Positions 58,570 to 64,000 of a stretch of DNA of 64,000 nucleotides are shown here, piece by piece. Each line of letters opens with the position of its first letter. Positions within the stretch are counted from its first letter, which is position 1. The DNA is from a virus (taxonomy: Duplodnaviria > Heunggongvirae > Uroviricota > Caudoviricetes > Crassvirales): IMG/VR virus record IMGVR_UViG_3300012956_000013; one strand, written 5' to 3'. The position numbers were made by a program, and so were the translations under genes. Under the pieces are notes generated by a model that was given only the letters and a program-made list of their open reading frames with translations, ran no database searches and was not told the DNA's origin.

Positions 58570-58864
58570 AAGAGTCTGCTGTAAATGTTAATTTTAATAG
58601 ATTGTCACCGTTCCATTGTACATTTACAAATTTTTGTTGAGTTCCTGTTGAGCCCGGAGTAAATACCACATCTATAGAAGATGTCTCTCCCGGATTTACA
58701 TTTACTTTAGATGTAGAAGCTTTTGTACAGGAACCACATCCTACTGATATCCTATCAATTAAAACAGAACTTTGTCCATCATTCTTTAGTATAAACTGAA
58801 AAGAATAAGGGCTTCCTTTTTTTATTTTTCCTAAGTCCTTTACTGTATTAACTGCTACTAGCAT
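58562..58864 (-). CDS. DUF1573-like beta-sandwich protein (100 aa), no signal peptide
   Basis: GKIKKGSPYSFQFILKNDGQSSVLIDRISVGCGSCT...VNPGETSSIDVVF matches the Bacteroidota DUF1573 pattern (F.F.N.G..L.I..V..SCGCT....PG..G.I.V.F). Confidence 0.5.
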   Translation of the reverse strand: MLVAVNTVKDLGKIKKGSPYSFQFILKNDGQSSVLIDRISVGCGSCTKASTSKVNVNPGETSSIDVVFTPGSTGTQQKFVNVQWNGDNLLKLTFTADSYE

Positions 58865-59130
58865 AGAGATGTTAATTTTGTTGATATAAACATATCACTA
58901 TGAGAAAAGAATGCATTAAATTCCAATACTTCCTCGGCTGTACAATATCTATCAAGAGGAGCATAATAAATTTTTGGAGATACTTTTTTTCTTTCTTCCG
59001 TTACAATATCTTCAATAACTTCATTAACTTCTCTCTCCAATTTACTTCTACTTTCATCTAATGTTTTAAGTTTATTTATGAGAAGGTTTCTTTTTCCTTC
59101 TAACTCACTTAATGGGTCTCTACCTATCAT
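58858..59130 (-). CDS. Hypothetical protein (90 aa)
   Basis: ORF. Confidence 0.45.
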   Translation of the reverse strand: MIGRDPLSELEGKRNLLINKLKTLDESRSKLEREVNEVIEDIVTEERKKVSPKIYYAPLDRYCTAEEVLEFNAFFSHSDMFISTKLTSLC

Positions 59131-59464
59131 AAATTCTATGTTTGGTTTTATATTCTTTCCAATGCTTCTTGCTCATCATCTCAGGATAGCAGTATGGTTC
59201 ATTCTCACATCCCATATCACTTTTTATTTTCTCCTTTATCACACATCCACACTGTATACAGTTACCTTCTTCCCAGCAACGGGGAGATTTCGTTTTAACC
59301 TGATACTCTCTCCAAGCTATCTGCTCCTTTATATGGGAAGGTACAGGTAGGATAGAACGAAACCAACTCTGTAGAACTGCCCAAATATGTTTTAGATTTA
59401 ACTTAGCTGGATTTAAAGCGTTCGTCTTCCCCCTTATTAGATTGTAGTAATACCTGAGTTTCAT
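59120..59464 (-). CDS. Hypothetical Cys-rich protein (114 aa)
   Basis: CWEEGNCIQCGC...CENEPYC. Confidence 0.4.
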   Translation of the reverse strand: MKLRYYYNLIRGKTNALNPAKLNLKHIWAVLQSWFRSILPVPSHIKEQIAWREYQVKTKSPRCWEEGNCIQCGCVIKEKIKSDMGCENEPYCYPEMMSKKHWKEYKTKHRIYDR

Positions 59465-59825
59465 TTCTTTTTTCTCTCACCTCTCTTTTAATCTGAAGAT
59501 ATTTATCATATTCCTGAAGTCTCTGCTTAAAATTTATATACTGAATATGTTTCTCCAAGTAATATAAATATGAGGCATCTGACTCAAAATCTTCTCTTGT
59601 CTTTGTTTCCCCACGGTCTGGATATTCACTTATTACCATCTCCATCCTCTTCTTTCTTAAGTGCCATGACCCTATGCCCTTTAACTTAAGGATTAGGGAT
59701 TCAGGATTCTTAATCATAGAGGCTGTCTCTTTGAAGATGAATGAACCTATATCTTTGTATATCTGTTCACTAACACCCTTCTCCTCAGCCACCATCTTAT
59801 ATATATCAAGGTGATTAGTTTGCAT
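59403..59825 (-). CDS. Hypothetical protein (140 aa)
   Basis: ORF. Confidence 0.45.
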   Translation of the reverse strand: MQTNHLDIYKMVAEEKGVSEQIYKDIGSFIFKETASMIKNPESLILKLKGIGSWHLRKKRMEMVISEYPDRGETKTREDFESDASYLYYLEKHIQYINFKQRLQEYDKYLQIKREVREKRNETQVLLQSNKGEDERFKSS

Positions 59826-60183
59826 GTGTTATTGTGTGCTGAAGAAGTAATTTATCAAAATCAATTTTAGGAATAAACTTCGAAGATACTGATAATGAGG
59901 TATTTCTGGGCTTTTCCAGAACTCCTATATTTGTATACCTTGAAAGAGTGTTCCTTATAGACTGTTTACTTTTCTTATATTTCTTCTCTAAGCATATATC
60001 AAAGAACTGTTCTTGCTTCTCAGAGTTGGAATATCCTCCAAAACAATACAACTCTATTATTATATCTATATCATTCTCAAAGGGTTGTACATTATATTGA
60101 AGAAATTTTAAATATAAATGCACCCTTAAAACATCCCTTTTGTCAGGAAGCAGAACCTTGTCTAAAAATGATTTAATGACCAT
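59815..60183 (-). CDS. Hypothetical protein (122 aa)
   Basis: ORF. Confidence 0.45.
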   Translation of the reverse strand: MVIKSFLDKVLLPDKRDVLRVHLYLKFLQYNVQPFENDIDIIIELYCFGGYSNSEKQEQFFDICLEKKYKKSKQSIRNTLSRYTNIGVLEKPRNTSLSVSSKFIPKIDFDKLLLQHTITHAN

Positions 60184-60279
60184 GTTGGTTTTTATAGAGA
60201 TAATATACTAAAAATAAATTAATCTACAAAATTTATTTTTAAAATTAACTTAATACGTGAAATTAATATGTGGAATTAA

Positions 60280-60624
60280 TTATACTCCTGCTCTATTCTC
60301 ACATAGAGTACATAAATCTCTCAATTGAGACATTGGTAACCCATTATCCTCAAGCATTTTTTCATTCCATAATATCTTAGAGATATCACCCCTTACTGTG
60401 AAATCATGAAATATATTTGGACAAAGAGCTGCTGGAACATCTAAGATTCTGATTATCAATGATTTCCTATAGTCCTGCATATTAAACTCCTCTTTATTAG
60501 AGGAGAAGTGAATCTTTGATTTTTTATCATGGTCTATTGTAGTAAACTGTTTACTCATCCCTTCCATGTCTGTATAGACACCACCATGATTACCAACGTG
60601 TTGTGATTTTTTGTCTACTGCCAT
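60280..60624 (-). CDS. Hypothetical protein (114 aa)
   Basis: ORF. Confidence 0.45.
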   Translation of the reverse strand: MAVDKKSQHVGNHGGVYTDMEGMSKQFTTIDHDKKSKIHFSSNKEEFNMQDYRKSLIIRILDVPAALCPNIFHDFTVRGDISKILWNEKMLEDNGLPMSQLRDLCTLCENRAGV

Positions 60625-60962
60625 TAGTTAGCCTCCTCTAATTTTATTTCACCTACAGCATTCTCTGCATTCTTCTTCTCAATCTCTTCATTTAAATTCT
60701 TCATGAAATTCTCCATTGCCTCTTTTTCCTCCTGAATTCTTTTTGCAATTCTTTCCTGTAACTCCTTATATGGAGGCTCTAACTTCTCTGCTTCAAGAGA
60801 GTAATACATTTTTTCATAATAAGCCTTCCATGAACGAGCAGACAGTTCCTGCTCGATTACTGTTTGTCTCATTGCTTCCATTTGAGCTGTATCCAAATTT
60901 TTGTTGCCATTTACTTTACTCATCTTCTTTTGTTTTTTGTTGATTATCCATAATTCCCTCAA
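60624..60962 (-). CDS. Hypothetical coiled-coil protein (112 aa)
   Basis: ORF. Confidence 0.45.
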   Translation of the reverse strand: MRELWIINKKQKKMSKVNGNKNLDTAQMEAMRQTVIEQELSARSWKAYYEKMYYSLEAEKLEPPYKELQERIAKRIQEEKEAMENFMKNLNEEIEKKNAENAVGEIKLEEAN

Positions 60963-61344
60963 GTTGGTGAGGGGTTAAAGTTATTACTCGTATTTCTCTT
61001 TTGTCAGATTCTTTTGCAGATTTCTCTGTCTCATATTGTTCTGCAAATTTTGCAATTTCTGCTTTAAATTTCTTCTTTGTCCAAGGAACAAGTAACTGTC
61101 CAACACTAGCAAATTTTACAATACATGCATCAAATTTACCATCCATTGCTTTATGTAGAGAATCTGTTGATGGTAACCATCTATCTTCTATTCCAACAAA
61201 GTCAAAATATGGATATTCAGCTTCTCCAAATATCATATCATAGTCAGACTCCTTCCTACCAGTCAACTCATTTTCTTCCAATTTCTTTTCCTCATTATCA
61301 CCATCTATCATAACGATAGGAAACTTAAATAATTCTTTTATCAT
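60916..61344 (-). CDS. Hypothetical acidic protein (142 aa)
   Basis: ORF. Confidence 0.45.
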   Translation of the reverse strand: MIKELFKFPIVMIDGDNEEKKLEENELTGRKESDYDMIFGEAEYPYFDFVGIEDRWLPSTDSLHKAMDGKFDACIVKFASVGQLLVPWTKKKFKAEIAKFAEQYETEKSAKESDKREIRVITLTPHQLEGIMDNQQKTKEDE

Positions 61345-61399
61345 ATTATAGTTTTAGCAAATATAGTATATTAATTAATACTATCCAAATAATTTGTTA

Positions 61400-62029
61400 T
61401 CAATCTATTACATCCGAGCACCCAATTGAGGGAATGTGCATTACGTGGTATGTTTGTAGGGACGAAGTAGATTTAACACACTTACCCATACTCATTACTT
61501 CACTTATAAAATCCCAATCATGTCCATATTTCTCACTGTGTGGCTTACATTTCTTTGCTATATCCGTCTTTACAATAATTTCACTGTGTCCTATTTGACA
61601 GAATCCTAGGTGAGATATACGTGGTTTCTTTACAGGGTCAAGAAAACTATCAAAATACATCATTACTATATCAGGATGCTTCTCTATCTCTAAGTAATTG
61701 GATAAATGATTTGGGAGAATCACATCATCATTAGCAAAGAATACCAAATACTTGCCTGTAGCATTCTGAATAGCATGGTTAGTTAACTTATAACCATGTC
61801 CTCCACCGTTTTCCTTGGCATTAAAATAATGCAATTTGTTTCCCTGAAGGTTAGCTGCCCACTGAAATTGTTCCATTTCTCCACTATCTATCATTTTCTG
61901 GAAGTGAGGACAGTTGTCTCCCATCACAAAAGCTTCCCATCCCTTCAAATCCTGATTAAGGATACACTGAATGGCTCTTCTTGTACGCTGAGGTCTCCCA
62001 AAACAAGGTAATGATATTGTTACTCGCAT
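61400..62029 (-). CDS. Family-2 glycosyltransferase (GT-A fold, 209 aa)
   Basis: ISLPCFGRPQRTRRAIQCILNQD (GT2 N-terminal beta-alpha-beta), FFANDDV (DxD-type motif). Overlaps the methyltransferase gene by 10 nt. Confidence 0.65.
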   Translation of the reverse strand: MRVTISLPCFGRPQRTRRAIQCILNQDLKGWEAFVMGDNCPHFQKMIDSGEMEQFQWAANLQGNKLHYFNAKENGGGHGYKLTNHAIQNATGKYLVFFANDDVILPNHLSNYLEIEKHPDIVMMYFDSFLDPVKKPRISHLGFCQIGHSEIIVKTDIAKKCKPHSEKYGHDWDFISEVMSMGKCVKSTSSLQTYHVMHIPSIGCSDVID

Positions 62030-62616
62030 ATAAAGAATCTTGCATCATGAAAGGAATTGTGAAGCTTGTAACCATTATTTGCCATTACTTCCTCAACCTT
62101 TCTCCAACCATACATTAATTTATGTGTTCCATGATATCCTACCCAGTCTTGACCATCTATTGTGAGAGGAGCCTCAAAGTAAACAAATTTTACACCATGA
62201 CAGTATTCAGCCAATTTGTCAAAGTGTTCATTACTAAGATGTTCTATAAAGTGAGTACCGATTATGAGGTCAGCTTCCTCTGTTCTCTCCTCTATAAACC
62301 AATCAAATTTAGATGGCATTATATATGAAAACTGAGGAAGACGGCAGTGAGTGTTCCTTATTGCTGCCTCACATATCTCAATTCCCTTCCAGCTCTCAAT
62401 CTGAAATTCAGGGATTGCCAAGTTTGCTAAGTCACCCTTCCATGTACCAAACTCAAGTACTCTTTTTGGTTTAGCAAAGGAGAAGGCTTCCCTTATTCCT
62501 CCATAGCTATAATGGGCTTGTTCTGGATAAAGTTTCTCTAATTGGTTATGATAGGAAACTTGTTCCTCTAAAGTCATCTTATCATACTTCTGTCTCCATT
62601 CGTCAAATGTAATCAT
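62020..62616 (-). CDS. Class-I SAM-dependent methyltransferase, TylF/MycF-like sugar O-MT candidate (198 aa)
   Basis: VLEFGTWKGD (motif I) and ADLIIGTHFIEHL. Stop/start overlap (ATGA) with the acyltransferase gene. Confidence 0.6.
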   Translation of the reverse strand: MITFDEWRQKYDKMTLEEQVSYHNQLEKLYPEQAHYSYGGIREAFSFAKPKRVLEFGTWKGDLANLAIPEFQIESWKGIEICEAAIRNTHCRLPQFSYIMPSKFDWFIEERTEEADLIIGTHFIEHLSNEHFDKLAEYCHGVKFVYFEAPLTIDGQDWVGYHGTHKLMYGWRKVEEVMANNGYKLHNSFHDARFFICE

Positions 62617-63200
62617 CTTTTATTTTCTCCTATATCTTTAGCTGGTACACCAGCATACTTTCTATTTGGTAATAATTCTGTTTTCTTTGTTACAACTGCC
62701 CCCATACCTATCATACATTGTTCCGGAACCTCTACCCACTGGTGGATGGTAGCATTTAATCCTAAATTACAACCATCGTTTATTATAGAGTGACCTCCAA
62801 TCTTTGCACCACAGGATACTGTTACATCATTCCCAATAACTGCATCATGTCCTACATGTGAGTGCTTTAAGAACCAGCAATTGTTCATGATAACTGTCTT
62901 CTGCTCAGTAGATGCATCTATAGTAACTGTTCCTGTAAATACATTGTTATCTCCAATCTCTACTTCTCCTACTCCTTTACCATCAAATTGTGGTAAAAGC
63001 ATATCAAAAGCTTTCTTATTATCTATCCAGAACTTCTTATGTTCTGCAGGATAGCCTATTATACAGTATGGTCCAATATAGTTACCTCTTCCCATCTTTA
63101 CGTTTGGACCAATTACAGCAGTAGGGTGTATAAAGTTGTGCTCATGCATGGGAGATACCCACTCTGGCATATTTATATTATATTCATTCATGGTTTCCAC
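62613..63200 (-). CDS. Left-handed beta-helix (hexapeptide-repeat) acyl/acetyltransferase (195 aa)
   Basis: Tandem hexapeptide repeats IHPTAVIGPNVKMGRGNYIGPYCIIG...VGHDAVIGNDVTVSCGAKIGGHSIINDGCNLG. Confidence 0.7.
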   Translation of the reverse strand: METMNEYNINMPEWVSPMHEHNFIHPTAVIGPNVKMGRGNYIGPYCIIGYPAEHKKFWIDNKKAFDMLLPQFDGKGVGEVEIGDNNVFTGTVTIDASTEQKTVIMNNCWFLKHSHVGHDAVIGNDVTVSCGAKIGGHSIINDGCNLGLNATIHQWVEVPEQCMIGMGAVVTKKTELLPNRKYAGVPAKDIGENKR

Positions 63201-63373
63201 GGTATTATGGTTGGAGAGGGTACTTGATAGGGGAGAGGAATAAACTTTGTTCCTTCATTTTCTTGTAAGAGTATCCACATCTCATCAAAAGTAATCTTCT
63301 TCTCCTCAAAAAGTCTTTGTATTATATCTTTCTTAGTAGGAAGAATAGAGTACGTTGTACCTGTTGTTTCCAT
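63188..63373 (-). CDS. Hypothetical small protein (61 aa)
   Basis: ORF only. Confidence 0.3.
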   Translation of the reverse strand: METTGTTYSILPTKKDIIQRLFEEKKITFDEMWILLQENEGTKFIPLPYQVPSPTIIPWKP

Positions 63374-63770
63374 ATATTATCTTATAAAAATTTCTGTTAT
63401 AATATTCTGTTAAGGAAGCATGTACTTCAGATGTATCATCTGATAGAGGAACTCCTATTCTTTGTAGTATAGCAGTTACAACATGTGATGCCTCATGATT
63501 TATTGTAGACAAATCATCAAAGGACTTAGATAGTATGGGAAACCATACAACTATCTGTGAACCATCGTTATAGAATGTCATACCTCTATTATCAAAATCA
63601 CCATCTTCCGATACATTTCCTAATATACCATTTACAAAGAGCTTTGCTTCAAGCTTACTTTCAGTAGATATAACATATACATCAACATTAAACATGCTAT
63701 TTGTAATGAGCCCCATTTTTTGAGAAAATAGAGACATGGGGAATAGCAGTAGAATTATTAGCTTTTTCAT
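63333..63770 (-). CDS. Secreted small HExxH zinc-metallopeptidase-like protein (145 aa)
   Basis: N-terminal signal peptide MKKLIILLLFPMSLFSQ (Bacteroidota-like). INHEASHVV is an HExxH motif. Confidence 0.5.
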   Translation of the reverse strand: MKKLIILLLFPMSLFSQKMGLITNSMFNVDVYVISTESKLEAKLFVNGILGNVSEDGDFDNRGMTFYNDGSQIVVWFPILSKSFDDLSTINHEASHVVTAILQRIGVPLSDDTSEVHASLTEYYNRNFYKIIYGNNRYNVLYSSY

Positions 63771-63967
63771 AATTTTGTTCCAATAAATATTCCTACTCCT
63801 ATAAGTAGGGCTTTTTGCAGAAGTTTAGGTTTCTTCTGGGGTTTATAAAATACTGAATTCGAACCATCTACTCTTATATAAGGATTGGAGTGCACAAATT
63901 GTACCTCAATCTTTGATTTTCTTAAGAATCTCTTATGTTCAACAAACTGTAAATCAAGTGTATCCAC
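63767..63967 (-). CDS. Hypothetical small basic protein (66 aa)
   Basis: ORF only. Confidence 0.3.
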   Translation of the reverse strand: MDTLDLQFVEHKRFLRKSKIEVQFVHSNPYIRVDGSNSVFYKPQKKPKLLQKALLIGVGIFIGTKL

Positions 63968-64000
63968 TATTGATAACCTGTTAATTAACAGAGATGGGAC

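Noticed and set aside
233-63227. All plus-strand ORFs in the supplied track (for example 233-493, 1513-1791, 2276-2785, 13304-13990, 46595-46903)
   Set aside because: Each lies entirely within a longer minus-strand gene with clear protein-like sequence or motifs. They are compositionally low-complexity (Ser, Phe, Leu, Ile rich) as expected for antisense frames of AT-rich coding DNA.
1-64000. CRISPR array, integrase or attachment site next to tRNAs, and diversity-generating retroelement (RT plus TR/VR repeats) near fibre genes
   Set aside because: No regularly spaced short direct repeats. No tyrosine or serine recombinase motifs. No reverse transcriptase (YxDD) motif seen in any ORF. The poly-Thr DNA similarity between two structural genes is short and better explained as a shared linker.

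Overview
The whole 64-kb window is one co-directional, gene-dense block of a large, AT-rich dsDNA phage genome. Every credible gene is on the minus strand. The plus-strand ORFs in the supplied track all sit inside minus-strand genes and look spurious.

Read in the direction of transcription (high to low coordinate), the window holds: (1) a run of small accessory genes, including a secreted HExxH mini-protein, an overlapping operon of a hexapeptide acyltransferase, a SAM methyltransferase and a GT2 glycosyltransferase, a DUF1573-like protein and a PD-(D/E)xK RecB/Cas4-like nuclease. (2) The packaging and head module: putative TerS, terminase large subunit, a 931-aa portal, an acidic scaffold-like protein, a major-capsid candidate, further structural proteins and fibre-like proteins with poly-Thr linkers. 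(3) A 27-gene tRNA array at about 35.6-41.1 kb that covers all 20 amino-acid specificities. It is interrupted by two HNH endonuclease genes and an Hjc-like nuclease gene. (4) A DEDD 3'-5' exonuclease, a small HTH ORF and an SPFH/band-7 domain protein. (5) A block of very large proteins of the virion cargo or ejection type (1542, 1591, 393, 683 and 862 aa). The 393-aa protein ends in an LAS/M15 zinc peptidase domain. (6) A single uninterrupted 4739-aa ORF carrying a beta-prime-like DFDVD motif, suggesting a virion RNA polymerase of the crAss/phi14:2 type. (7) A DprA-like Rossmann protein and a truncated GNAT-like ORF at the window edge.

Several features point to a Bacteroidota-infecting, crAss-like (Crassvirales-related) phage: the DUF1573 domain, a Bacteroidota-type signal peptide and the architecture of the giant RNAP-bearing protein. 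The long ORFs carry no in-frame stops, so the standard genetic code is in use. I saw no CRISPR array, integrase or reverse transcriptase. All tRNA coordinates come from manual folding and may be off by a few nucleotides.
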